The notes beneath the pieces were generated by a model. The model ran no database searches. It was given only the letters and a program-made list of their open reading frames with translations, and was not told the origin of the DNA. A stretch of DNA of 64,000 bases from Blasia pusilla (taxonomy: Eukaryota). Positions 41,480 to 54,899 of the stretch are shown piece after piece. The translations under genes were made by a program, and so were the position numbers. The stretch is taken from NCBI GenBank assembly GCA_050084515.1, contig CM114271.1, forward strand, positions 17,236,001-17,300,000. The letters are read 5' to 3'. Positions within the stretch are counted from its first letter, which is position 1; each line of letters starts with the position of its first letter.

Positions 41480-42950
41480 CAAGGTTGCATACGGACAAAG
41501 TCGATGTCCACGCACTTATATCCGTCCCTAAGATAGACATGTCCATGCGGGCAAGGTTGCACGGAAATGGACAAGTCTGTTAATTGGACGGACAGGTCCC
41601 GATATGTCCTCGAAACATGCCCGGCCAGCACCCGAGCCCACCTCATGGCAAGCAAGGTGCAGACTCGGTGCGGGCAGGCTAGACGCATGCTCGGGATGGG
41701 CAGGCACGGGCATAGGGTGGGTTGGGCGCAGGCTAGGGCGGGCGGACAGGCGGGCAGGCTCAAGGCAACCGGGTAGGTGTGAGCTCCATGCGGGCAGGCT
41801 GGACGCATGCTCGAGATGGGCAGGCACGGGCATAGGGTGGGTTGGGCGCAGGCTAGGGCGGGCGGACAGGCGGGCAGGCTCAAGGCAACCGGGTAGGTGT
41901 GAGCTCCATGCGGGCAGGCACAGGCTTGGGGCGGACATGCGCGGGTTGGACAATGGACGTAGGCTAGGGCGGGCAAGCGCGGGCTCCAAGCGGCCAAGTG
42001 CGGGCTCAGGGCAGGCAAGCTAGGGCGGGCAAGCGTGGGGTCTCGACTGGTTGGGCACGGGCTAGGACGGGCAGGTGCCGGCTCCAAGCGGGCAAGCGCA
42101 GGCTCAAGGCACGCAGGGCACAGGCTAGTACGGGTAAGCGCAGGATCTAGGCATGCAGGCTAGGGATGGACGCGGGCTAGGGTGGGCAAGCACGGGCTAG
42201 GGCTAGGGCGGGCAAGCATGGGCTTATGGCTGGTTGGGCACGGGCGAGGATGGGCGGGTGCGAACTCCAGGCGGGCACGCGTAGGCTCGAGGTCCACCCT
42301 AAGCCCGCACCTAGGACCTGAAAAAATTGGTCCATTGGACCAAGATTTGGTCCAGCGGACCAATTTTTGCGGCCCAGACCCTGCGCCCACGGCTCGCAAG
42401 GCGGGCTCGAGGTCCGAAAGAATTTGGTTCGTTGGACCAAAAATTTCCCACCCTTGGTACCTTCGGTCTTAGCCCGCAAAATTTTGGTCTGCCGGACCAA
42501 ATCTTGATCCTACAGACTAATTTTTGCAAGCCTTGAGCCCGCACCTAAGGCCCGTAAGGTAGGCTCGAGGCCCTTACCGAGCATGCCCCACGCCGGGCTG
42601 CCAGCTACGCAACGGGTGCGGGCTCGAGTGCGGGCCTTGGGTACCTGTGCCTATAGACTTATGTTTGTCCTATGGACGGACATAAGTCTGCGGACATGGA
42701 CATGTCCATGTGCAACCTTGCATGCGGGCCAAGGCTCCCGTGGCCCAATCTAGGGCCCAAAGCCCGCCCGATGTGGGCCTTCGTGGGGCTCTTGCGGGCC
42801 CTATATGGGCAAGTGGGGAAGTGGCTATGACTTGTAGCCCACACATCTATTCAATCCTTGCCCGCCTTCCTTAATTTAAGCCCTCACAAGCAATTTGGGT
42901 ACCACAAAACCCAAGTGGGGGGAGCCGTGGGGTATGTTTGTAGACATGTG
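41480..42950. mobile_element. Outer hAT-type element (right end decayed) interrupted by a nested copy
   Basis: Left terminus CAAGGTTGCATACGGACAAAGTC at 41480; the GC-rich body resumes after 42728; right terminus not resolved. Confidence 0.6.
41552..42720. mobile_element. Non-autonomous hAT-type element (1169 bp), nested
   Basis: Perfect 11-bp TIR CAAGGTTGCAC / GTGCAACCTTG; perfect 8-bp TSD CATGCGGG (41544-41551 / 42721-42728); internal 120-bp tandem duplication at 41671-41910. Confidence 0.93.
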
Positions 42951-45900
42951 ATATTGGTCAATATATCATATCCATTTCGACCATAGTTGATGAAAAATGT
43001 CACCATACATTTCGATGTAAACTAATCAAATATTGCTTTGACAACAATATTCCGAAAAAATCACCTAAGAATTGAAAAATGAAATTAGCTATTGAAATGG
43101 TAGGTAAACCATTCTAAATGGTATTCCAACAAGATTACCATGCATTCCTTTTGTGGTGTTAATATGCTAAGTTCTTCTTGATTTTATGTATATGCAAGAT
43201 GAAAGCTTACCATAAGCAAGGGAAGTTTCTTGATCCACATATGAATGCAACATATGTTTTATCCTAATCATGTATAATTGTAGAACTTTTTGATACATGA
43301 TAGTTAACACATGGAGTAAAATTCTTTGAGAATTACTTTGTTCAAGCATTTTTGTGGAACATCAATGATTGGTTGTGACAATGATATTGTTTAATTACAG
43401 ATTGTGTGGTATGTGGGAGTTAGGACAACCTATACTAAATTTTGACACTATTATGAAGTGGAAATCAAATGTAGGGGGTTGACAAGAAAAGTGAGGAATA
43501 GGAGAATGAGGAAAAGAGAATATGGTAGACTCTTTGTGAGGGGTGTGATAATCCAACAAGAATTACTAGTTGATTACCTAATTTTATCAAATTGGGCAAT
43601 GCTAGATCACATGAATGACTTTTTTTTAGATTGTTAGAATGACCAAATTATGGACCATGTATAGAATGGGACATGTGATGGTTTCCATTCCTGTCTTCCG
43701 AAAGACATTATCATTGATAACTATTAATGATTGCCCTATTCCAATGATGGATGCAAACCTTTCATACATATCAAAATAAGACAAAAGTAAATCCTCTCTC
43801 ATAGCACTTTATCTTGGATATTTTTACACCTGATAGATTACTTACCTCGAGAATTTAGAACTCAATATAAGGGTAGCCTTTCATTTGACAAATAGAGTTG
43901 TTGAGCTTTAGAATGATAGGTGTTTGACACCCATTTGTTAGTTACTTGCACGAGTTGAGTTTGAGACTCCATACCTTTATCATGATGAGAAGAACTGGTG
44001 CAACTCTTTACACATTGAAAACTCATAACAGAAGAAAATCAACGAAAATCTTTTCGAAACTCCTTTATTCTTTCTAAATGATAGTTCGGAAAACAGTGAA
44101 AACTGTCAACAAATACGCAACAAGGAAAGATATCTTCAATTTTTATCAATTTCATATGCTGGATTTTTGTAGTTATGGAGCAAAATGAAGGAAATAAAGG
44201 TCTTTATTTCCTTCACAATCGGAAGTCCAAATTTCTACTTTAAATTCACACTATAATGGAAAATGTTGAGGAAAAAGTATGAGACCTCTGGTTTTCAAAA
44301 TCTAAACAAACGGGTACTTTTTAGGAGAAAACATTAGTTTGTAAGAAGATACTCTCGATGGAAGGAGAAAAGGTTACATATGATATTCGAGTCACTAAAT
44401 GATATGTACATAACCATAAAAATTGAACACGTTAATTGGTACACACATTTTAATCATTCTTCTAATTTTAATACACTTGATACAAGAAAGATGTAATATT
44501 GTAAATTATGTAACCTGAGATGGAAGGATGAAACATACTCTTTGGAAATCATTTTTCTAGGATACAATCGTCCACTTCTTTGCGTAAGAAGTGTTTTCCC
44601 ACCAACTCACGTAATTGTTGGACAAGGAAGAATTGCATATCGCATGCAGGCCTCACATGGGGCAGGTCTTTAGAGTGATCCTAATAACAGCTGCTTGTTT
44701 CTCATGCAATTGGAGCTGAACAGGTCTGATTTTGGGACTCCCACATACCAATTGTCATGGTCCTCTAATGCGGCAGAATGTGCATTACTTGCTTATTGAA
44801 CATGAATGTGCAGTCCAACAACTAGATTTCATCAAGCTCTGTCTGCAATATGGCTTCAGAAGGGACTGCTATGGATACATTACCTGAAGTAGATGATTTG
44901 GGAAGAAGTACCAGACTTGAATCTCTGGGACACACTATGTCCAGGAGATCCCTTGAGGTCATTTTTTTTCTCAGGTTTCACAAGAAGAAATTTGGTCAGT
45001 CTGTTGGACTGACTATCTCCAATCTCACCCCCACCTTACCTATCTAGAGCTTTGCAGGAAATTCCATCTATCATTTCATGGTCAGAAAATTCGGCATGTA
45101 AGCGGCTATCCCCATTTACCTGAGACTCAGTAACCAATGCTGGAACAAGAAAATCTAGGAATTTCATGATCCAAACGAGGAGCCCTCATGCGCAAGAAGA
45201 AACGCACTCCAAACACATAATGGAGAGCAGAAAAGGCGGATCCCATCAGAATATCAGATGAGCATGACAACAGCTTGCATCGGAAGCACGCACACAAGAA
45301 CAAGAATCTCCATCAGCTTTGATTCATTGAGGATCTCAATAAGCTTCCTAAAACAAGAGGAATACGTACTGCCAAAAGGACCAATGGTGAAGGGAACTTG
45401 TGAAAATGTCTGTCATTGAAGCCAGAGAATTAGTCTTTCCCATCACATGTGAATGCTACAGATTTCCATGGTCAGTCAGGTCATCCAGCTTCTGTCTTAA
45501 CTAATGTCACTATCCCATACCAAGAGAATTCAATTTCTTTGGTAAGACTCCAGGAAATGAGGTAATCTTCACCATATTCCCGTAAACCTATTTCGACCAC
45601 AAGTCATAAGGTTGAACTGACAAACTCCAGATCTACTGGAGTAGGGATGAACACATCGATTCCAATACATACCGGCGATCAACCAAAGTAAGGAAGCGGA
45701 TAAAATCCAAAGATATGAGATAAACTCTGGGAGTATTGAGGGCAATCGATGGCTCCCAGCTGTGATGGAAGATTCAACTGAAGTAGGATTCCACACAAAC
45801 TAATTACATTAGATCGATAGAGTTCTTCCCTTTTATACATGCCGTAATAGGATCAAGGTGCACACCAATATAGAGCTCCACTCTATCCCTTTCAGATCCT

Positions 45901-46785
45901 AGATAATAGATACTGCAATATAGATGCACCTGACGGTCACTCTTCAAAGTCTATCTCACAGTCAGCCTTCATTGTGTACCATCTTTAACTACTCGTTCTT
46001 GGAAAGCAGCTACATTCGATATCCCTATCTTGAGAACAATAAAATGTGATCGCTTACCTGAATCGAGAACCTTGTCGCAATCTTCGTGTTTCTGAACCCT
46101 TCCTTTTTCAGCGAAGGCACAGTTCATCAAGTTCTACCTACTCTAGATCCTAGAAACAAGTGTGAGGATTTCTTTCATGGAGAAAGTCAATGCCACCCCC
46201 TGAAGTTTGGCTAAGAAGGAAGTAACCAAGATCAAGGTTTGGACGAAACTGAAATTTTGGAATTTTTAATGTTGTGTTGACCTTTCAAAATGAAATTCCG
46301 GAATCCCAAATGAAAATTTTCAAATTTCTGTTAAGAAAATATTCTTGAAATTTTGCGGTTCCACACCGTTGAACTCAAAATTTCAAAGCCTCAATTTCCA
46401 TCGAACTGCCTTGCATGAAAAATAAAGCCAGGATACTTCTGAACTTTACCATTGACTGCTATGTTACAGTAGGATCACAAGCAACTCACACGATAAGAGG
46501 CAAAAAATGATACCAACTGCATGCTGCAATCCATCACCTTGGAATCATTCTCTTTCAGAATGTTCCACATCTTAGGCATCTCAGCCTATGCCAATGGCCG
46601 CAGCCCTGAGTGAATCCATACATCATATCAGTTAGAATTTGTGATCTAAAAGGAGTCACACAGAGGCAAGGAGAATGATTACAACCACAAGCACAAAGGC
46701 CACTTTGAGCCACGTGCAGCTTCCATACTTTTGGGTTGTGTGATCCGACTAAAATGGTGGGCGGACGGTTCCACTGCTCTATTTT

Positions 46786-49700
46786 TCACTTCCTGTGCAA
46801 TTCTAACTTGGACTTAGTTGCCAATGCACTCCGGAAGCATTGAGTGAGCTTTGTCTGAGTATGACTCTTCAGGGGAAGTGTAAAATCATCGGAGACATCC
46901 AACTCCTGCACATGAGAGCGTCATTCCAATTGCACTTATGAGCAGAATGCCAGTGCACAGGAAGTATGAAAAAGCAAATTACCTGCAATCACAGTCAGGA
47001 ATGTGTTTAGGATGCTGGTAATTCAGCACAGAACGGCACCTGTAAGAGATGATGAGCAGAGCGAAGTAAATCCATATCTGCATCAGATGCACAGCCTCGG
47101 GCATCTTGTGTGGTCAACCACATGAAAGCCGCTTGGAGAACACTACGAAGTCCATACCTGAGCACGACTTGACTCCTGTGCCATGCCACAATTATTCTCA
47201 GAAGAATTCCAAAACCATAGAGTCGAAACATTCAAGGATCAACATTCCCAAAGAAGTACACCCGTAAATCTTCCAGTGTGCAGTGGGTGAGGCATCTGAG
47301 GGAAACTCGCCCTATGGAAAAGTGGAGTACCTGAAACAAATAACTCCTTTGTTGTAAAGAGAAGGTGTAGAAGACCAGTTCACGGATCTGTGTTCAACAG
47401 GGCAGAAACAGCCAATGACTTAATGCTCATACTCGCAGTCTGATCCTTTCAATCATCTTTCCCGATCTAGAACTGTGCAATTACCATACGAATAGCAATT
47501 CTGCAAGCACACACAAAAATCATGTCTGAACAATCTGGAATCACAACACACGCCAGGAAATATTCCAGTGGTACCTGGCTCTCTCAACCATAACTTCATG
47601 GTTCAAGTCAGGGCAGTGAGTGGAAATCAAGTGTAACCACCCTTTGTACCGCTTCCATGATTTGTGCAGCAACTCCCACAATTCTTTTCCAATCACAGCC
47701 TCATTGGGGCTGACCTGTTTGACAGATCCCGACTTCCAATGTACCTCAAAGTCAGAACTACTCACTGCTAATGAGTATGTACTCTGGGGGTCTTCACACC
47801 AAGGTGTCAGAGAGCTAATGGCAATCGTGCCATCTTTGTTATCATCCAGAACTCCGTGAGCTTTGTTATCTTCAGTCAGGCAACCTGCTTCTTTCACCTT
47901 TCTCAGCATCATATTTGCTATGCAGTCTGCCCGTCCCATGAAAGCAACTCCAAAGGCCTCGTATAACAGGATCCAATCATGGCCTGTCAACTTTCTGATG
48001 AGAGAGTACATAACAGTTGAAGGGTGACGCGAATTTTGTAACCCGTTGTCATACCACTCATTCAAGGCACGACGAAGATAGTCATAGCCTTTCCTGAATA
48101 CGTGAAACCGATGCCGTACGTTTGCTGACATGGACAGGTTTTTCTTGAATACCCACCTGCTTACCCACCCAAATTAACCTGACAAGTTAGAGCTTACGGC
48201 CGAGTCGCGGCAGGGAGAAAAATAAGGACTTCAGTACTCTACTTATATCCCAGTGTCCCACCGACCATAGAAGAGCAACCGTGGATAGAGCCAAATGCAG
48301 GATTGGTACAAAACGTCAGAAACACGAACAACAAATGTGAGGAATCATTGAATCAACAATTCCCAGCTCAACCTTCACTAGGAAAGGAGAGCTTTCCATC
48401 ACCATCATTATAAATCCTGTGCGTTCGAATACAATAAAATCAACCGATCACAAAATCCAAAGCCAAAATAAAGGCGAATTACCCCCGTTATGGCATTTTG
48501 CACCTTCCGTTGAAATTACGTGCGAGCGAATATAGTCCACTTACCCAATAGCGAAATCCAAATATAAACGAAGGCCACTCAACCTGGGAAGTGCACTCCG
48601 TGTTGTTCCTCAAAAAACTCGCGTGCGTGCGAATACAATCTAGTTACAGAGTTGCAAATCCAAACCCAAAGAAAGACGAATCCACCTTGGCAGTACATTC
48701 GGAGAAGAGTCGCTCCCTAGCAGTCCACTGTCAGAAACGCCCTCCAGAAAATGCTCCCACAGATTATCTTGTACTCCTACAGCATACCACCGCTTACATG
48801 TCTGGAGAGAAGAACAAAGATCCTTGAGATCGAGCCTCTTCATAACGTGAAAAATTATCTCGTCCGGCATCTCACCGACTGGACTCGTATCCCCGAGGTC
48901 CTCTTCCGCACCCTTCCCCCGAAAACTCTCTTCACTGCCAGGAAATTCACCACTTGCCCGCGTCCGCTTAGCAGGTTGCGTGCAAAGTTCATGGTGTCTG
49001 GTGATTGAAGGATTCTTCTGCTTCACACCCTTACTCATATCTACTCCCCATCCCGGAAATGAGAATGTAAGCCCGGGAGGACCGAGGGACAGATGAGGCT
49101 CACGAACCCGCCGGGGTCCTTCGTTTCCCCTCCTCTCGGGTACAACATGGGGACTCTCCACCGTGGAGGTCGAACCTGTGGAATACTGCCTCTCCAATGA
49201 TGTCGCCACGGACGCATTGGATCGGCTGACACTCCCGAGTCTCCGGTTGCCAGAAACACTCTCATGAGCCGATTTCTCCCCAAAGCCAGAGCCCCTGCTG
49301 TAATGCGAAGAGGACAGACCTAAACATGTAGTTTCCTCATTCTGGAAATGAAACTGCCTCTCCGGTGACTGCGTTCTCCCCTCTTCGCTCAAGTTTCTAG
49401 TTCGCAGTCCTATTTCCACATCGCAGTGCGCCTGGGCTGTCACGATCTTTCCTCTCAGTTCGCCCAAACCTCTACCAACACGTTGGACTTGCTGACTTGA
49501 GAGCACAGTCGAGTGCCTGCTTTTCACTCCAGTGTCTCGTCCAGAGCTCACATCCTCACGGGGCCTTTCAAAAGCGGCGTCAAAATCGAGCGCTTGAGCG
49601 CGACCCCCAGCCTCCAGCCAACCTCGCCGCGGCACACTTCTCCTCTCCAACTCCTCACTGCAATCATCCTCGCCATGGCAGAGCGCCAATTGCAGTCGGC

Positions 49701-49950
49701 AATCCACGAATGGCACTTCACCAACCGCACCAGAAGGCGGCGAAGACCTCCTCCCAAAATTGAACCTCGACTCCACTCCTTTCGACCTTTCGCCCTCCGC
49801 ACTACGAGCCCCGGTGCTCGCTCGCTCGTGCTGCGCCAGGAGCGCGGCCTGGAACTGCCGCTCCAGATTGGCATCCAATTCATCATCATCCCCCCCGACA
49901 TTTTCCGCATGAATACTCCTCAGGTCCTCCTCCACCTCTTCCTCCTCCAT
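46786..49950 (-). CDS. F-box protein (~719 aa) with long low-complexity N-terminus and C-terminal cullin-repeat-like helical domain; exons 49950-48686, 48156-47575, 47387-47331, 47175-47040, 46905-46786
   Basis: F-box motif MPDEIIFHVMKRLDLKDLCSSLQTCKRWYAVGVQDNLW. Four GT-AG introns with consistent phases (2,2,2,0) give an open 2160-nt CDS ending in TGA at 46788-46786. The start could instead be the ATG at 50046. Confidence 0.82.
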
Positions 49951-50269
49951 CGTCACGCCCCTCTCCTCCACCCCTCCCGTTCTCACCAGCCACAGCGCGA
50001 GCGGTTTTCTTCTTCCTCGCGCAAACGCACCAATCTCTCCATCCACGTCCCGCGATCCCCACCTCTCCCTGCGCTTGCGTCTGATTTCCCACGCGCGACC
50101 TTCACCACCTCCACACCCGATCTGTTCTCAACCACCACTTCCTCTGCGCCACCCTCACCTCCTGCCTCTCTCTCTCGCAAACGCATCGCCCGTCGCCCAC
50201 CTTTCCCACACCATCGCTGCCAAATAGTGCACTCTCGTCTCTCCCGTCCTCTCCCTTCTCCGGACTCCA

Positions 50270-50410
50270 CTCACGCCACTGCTCCTCTCCTTCGCCTCTC
50301 CCTCTCCCTCCTCCACACTCCGCTGCTCCTCTGCCTCTCCCCTCCTCCACACTCCGCTGCTCCTCTCCTGCTCTCCCTCCTCCACTGCTCCTCTCCTCTG
50401 CCTCCTCCAG
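50270..50410. repeat. CT-rich low-complexity/short repeats upstream of the F-box gene (probable 5' UTR)
   Basis: CTCCACACTCCGCTGCTCCTCT repeated, pyrimidine-rich plus strand. Confidence 0.55.
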
Positions 50411-51623
50411 AATCCAGTGCTCCGCTGCCCCCCATCCTGTCCTGTCGACTATCCCACACCGTCCGAGCGACACCTGCGAACTCAGCTTTCCCACGCTCTC
50501 TGTGCGCGTCCCAGCGACACCTTTCCGCACCGCCGGGAGGCCCCGTCAGTCGTCGTGCATACACACACACTGAGGCTTTACTGAGCGAATCGGCCGCGCC
50601 GGGAAATCCCGTCAGAAGCTTTGTCGGGAGGCGCGCGAGGAGTCCGGAACAGGAAAGGGAGCTCGGCCGCCGGCAAAGGAAACAAAAGATGGAGCTATTT
50701 ATTACTCCCATTTATTTACCTTCGGACTAGTGTTTTATACTAAGGGTAGGGTATGGCAGTTTTAATTTCCTTACTTTTCATAATTACCACTCCCTCCGTG
50801 GCATCTAAGGTTCGTTGGAAGGGTGTGAAGACAAAATAAATTTGCAGATGTGATAAAAAAATTTAATGACATATGCATTTTAGATTAATAATGTAGATAC
50901 TTTTAGAATAAAAATTTACATGTATGTTTAAAAGTATTTTAAAAGGAGGATTTTTAGAATATAATTGTAATGGTTTTTTTCAAATGGAGTGTCCCGTGGG
51001 CAATGTAATACCCGTTTGTATTATTGTTCTTCCAAGAAGAAAAGACTACGAAATGGGGTTTTTTGCAAATCATTGCACATGCGCACAAGGGGTCTGCATT
51101 CTATGGAAGTCTTATCTTTTTTTCTATTTGTAATGATGCGTCACATCTTTAACAAAAGACTATTAGTGGGCAGCCCATGCCATGCACAGGAGTGAAAGGG
51201 AATCATTTTTTTCTTGCACGTAGAGGGTAAAATGTTTTCTTGCTGCCCGGTTGTCACATGTCAACCAAAGAGGTGTTTGCGAATCAAGAAAACACTCTCC
51301 AATAATATTGTATCTTATTATTTCTATTATCATGATGAAACCTATCTCTTTACCACTTATTAAGTTTTATTATACATTAACCCAATAAAGATGAAGTATA
51401 TACCTTAATAAAGATGAAGATACAATTCATTTTGAATCTTTAAATGAGTATCTTCATCAAAATGTTTAGATCTACTATTGTAAAAATAACAAGTATTTTT
51501 AGAAAAGTAGGTCTACACCCCACATACTTTCATTCTAGTTGGACAAAGCATATACCTCCACACAAAAAGTATCCCTCTAGTTGGGACTATAAAAATAAAA
51601 AGAATTATAAGTCACACATACAG

Positions 51624-52651
51624 TGTCGCGACCCTCATAACCAAACAACACCAAATAGGCGCCAAGCGGAACATCAGAACTCAAGTGGACTCACGTTGCA
51701 ATGGTTGCGCTTTGGAGAGGCGTTTGGAAAAGTCTCTTGGAAAAGTCCAAGAGACGAAACGCAGAATAGAGTTGTGCATTTTGTGCGTTAGTGGTTGCGA
51801 TCAGGAAACCTAGACCAAACGCGAGCCAAGACTTGAGATGAGTTGAGTCTTGGAAGGTTGGTTGCCAAAGAGGTGAGAACGAGTTTTGGAACACGACTAG
51901 CGTTTGGGGAATTTGATTGTGTTTTGGACCATACCATTTAGCTTAAAGATTAATTTGGGACAAATAAGGGCGTGTTGGAAAGCTTATCTTGAGACACTTC
52001 CAACGCACCAAAGATCTCAGCAAACTCATTAGTACAGACTGAGATGTTGGCAAAAAACGAGTGTGAGAGCAATCGGGTTGAGGGCCAATTGGAGAGGCCT
52101 GGGTTTCTTTCCCTAAAGATAGGGGGACCCCGGAGATCCCCAGAAGTACTAGTAAGGGAGGAGTCTCTCCAAGATGTCTTGGACACGAATCCCCACTTTG
52201 AGCGCCAAACGGCGTCTCAGAGGCACGGGATGGAACGAGAGTTTGGCGTTGGAACTCGAAACCCAAACCTGATCCAAGGGAGTGGACTTTGTATGCCACA
52301 CTTGGATTCCAACCCGAGATTCACTTCGTCGAGTCTCGATTAGGGACTCATTGGATGTCCATCGGACAGGTGGAACCGCCATGCGCGAAACGCCGTTTGA
52401 GGTTCTTGAACCGACCATAAAGTCTCTCCCAAGTCTTTCGAGACTTGCCGGTGTTGTAAACCGCAAAATTAGGAAGGTTAAGCTTGATGAGAGACCGAGA
52501 CGAGAACTCAAAAAGTTAGCCCGCTGATTGATCCAAGACCCGACTAACCAGAGTGCGTGTTTGGATGCAGATCAGTGTTGAGAGTGTGACCTACTGAACG
52601 CACGCTTCCGCAACAACAAGATTAACGTTCAAGGAGAGTAAGCGCACAACA
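51624..52651. mobile_element. Solo LTR (1028 bp)
   Basis: Begins TGTCGCGA and ends ACAACA (TG...CA); perfect 5-bp TSD TACAG (51619-51623 / 52652-52656); higher GC than the flanks. Confidence 0.88.
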
Positions 52652-52849
52652 TACAGTCTCTTACATGAAAAATCTTTTTCCTAGCTAATTTGAGATACCT
52701 TTTTGCTTATGCTTCCTCTTCTCCTATGGCTTGTTGAACAACTCCTTGGGTTCTTTTTCTATCTAGTACATCATGATGCCCATCATGATTATTCTTACTA
52801 GTAAATCATGATACTCATATGTTGTGTTGTCTATTGCTAGTCACTTCAA

Positions 52850-54650
52850 ACTAAAATAAGATTCAATGCCAACCCCAAACCAGAATTGGAAGTTCATAAT
52901 TGTAAATTGGTTTGTAAGTTCACTTCATACAAATCCATCACAACTCTATGTAGCTTTGTGAGTGCATACAACCATTCTATTACAACTCACATTGAGCTTT
53001 GAGCAGGCTCATAAAGGTGTTTGCCTGTCATACTCGTAAATTTCACCTTCTTGAACTTTACGAGCATGGGAGTTCACAATAGAGTCGCATGAGACTCATA
53101 ATGTGCAAGTCCTAGAGAGCACAAGTAGTTATTTGTGAGTCTCAAAACCAAAACCTTGGGCATAAATTCTCCTTTTGTTTCATTTTTTCTTTTCCTCACA
53201 ACTTTCCAACTTTCCTCTCCTCATTTTGCAACTAGTCTCCTTCTAAAGTGGAGCTTTGTATTTAATTTTTTTGACTTCTTTTATATTGAAGGATATATAG
53301 ATGCGTGAAGTTCATACAATTTTATTTCCTATAATTCTTCATCCAAAAATACAAGAAATGAAAGAGAAAACATGAGCAAATTCAAAGCCACCCCTAAGAA
53401 GAAATTGGTAGGAATCAAATCCCTCTTGAAAATACTAAAAAATTACTCCAAAACGTGCAAAAAAAAGAGCCAAAAACCACTAGTTTGCAAGTGTATAAAA
53501 CCACTACTTTGAAAGTCTCTTGCATGCGTCTTGCGAGTCCAAAAATACTATTTGGACTCGCTATTTTGCAACTTTTTTGCAATCACTTTGCAACTATTTT
53601 GCGAGTGAATTGCAACTGAATTTTGTGACTTAGTTGTGACTACATTGTCTCACAAGCACTTGTAAATCACTCGTAAATCCACAAGTCAAAGATGAGTACC
53701 TTGCAAACTATGGCCGGCATGTGAATATAAGAAAATGGAAGTTTTGGGTAGGGTTGAAGTCATAATGGACTTGCAAATTGTGAGTCCATTATGAAAGTGG
53801 AACTCAAAAATTTGTGAGTCCAACACAATTGTCTTACAACTATCCTTAGGCTTGTATAATTCTCAAACTTGTTATGAATGTATTAGTGGTTGGAACCGAA
53901 TTATCAAAAGCATTCCAAAAGTATGGTATTCATCACAAAACATACGGCAAGTATAGCTAACATGACCTCATATATGGAGAACCCTCAAAGACTTGAATAG
54001 ATTCTAGGCTAAGTTGTATCATCATTAGAGTATTGTGAGACTTGCTCTTCTTAAAATCCAATTTGCATTCAATTATTCATTCTCTTTTAGGTCATAATTT
54101 TTTTATCTTTCGTCTCACTTATGCATCTCATGCCTTGCTTATAAGTCTAGCTCCAACTTATTTCCATCATAATGTGACTCTATTAGCGTTTTGATGTTCC
54201 CTCTTAGCACACATTCGGTTTTGAGGATCGCAACATCCCTCTTTAAAGAAGTTGATACCCTCATCAATGAAAACACTACTAGGAATGAGAGGTGCTCATT
54301 CATATTTTCTCAAGTCCTTTTTAATGTTTATGAATACTTTACAATTACAAATTTATAAACCCACTTTATGTAAGTCACTTATGCGTGATTTGAAATCCAA
54401 TGCAAATCAACTCTAGTTTGAGACTATTTGGAACTTTATGAGCAAGTTATGAGTCTCATTCATTTACAAGTTTGATGAGATGTAAGATACTTGTAAAAAT
54501 TCTTACATTGAGATTTGTGATGTGTGTCTTAAAAGTGCGAGTAACAAGCATCATATCTTGCAACTTCCAAGAGACACGACTGACTAGCAAAACCCGCATA
54601 ATGCAAGAGTTTAGGTGCATTTTCAAATGACTCGTATGGCACTCAACTCC
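52850..54650. repeat. Degenerate short-motif repeat region (GTGAGT/ACTCAC/TTGCAA-rich), probably TE-derived
   Basis: Recurring TTGTGAGTC / GACTCA / TTGCAACT motifs in both orientations; hairpin GCGAGTCCAAA...TTTGGACTCGC near 53533-53561. Confidence 0.45.
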
Positions 54651-54899
54651 ATGAGATGAACTTATGGAGACAAGCAAAAAGATCGTCTTTTAGATTGGAA
54701 GTGTTGAATCTTGACGATCTAGATGAATAAGTGAGAATGTGCTCTCAATTGGGAGAGACTTTTTGATGAGATATGCCCATGCCATTTGAGAACTTGGCTC
54801 TTACACAACATTGAGATACATTGAGATTGTGACTATTCAAAAAAGAGGATATCGATCGACGATCTGGAGGTTCAATCCTCGATTCAATTAGGGAAATTA

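Noticed and set aside
41479-42544. Multiple Pro/Ala/Gly/Arg-rich ORFs (also at 22.5-23.9, 28.9-29.3 and 39.0-39.4 kb)
   Set aside because: They lie inside GC-rich non-autonomous TIR elements, are open in many frames and have no domain motifs.
44560-46700. Additional exons or a gene downstream of the F-box stop
   Set aside because: Some donor-like sites exist but no coherent ORF; may be 3' UTR or intergenic.
47485-47500. 16-nt AG/GT-bounded micro-exon in F-box gene intron 2
   Set aside because: Including it shifts the phase and breaks the downstream reading frame.
49513-50730. 405-aa plus-strand ORF
   Set aside because: Antisense to the F-box exon and its CT-rich leader; non-ATG start; low-complexity translation.
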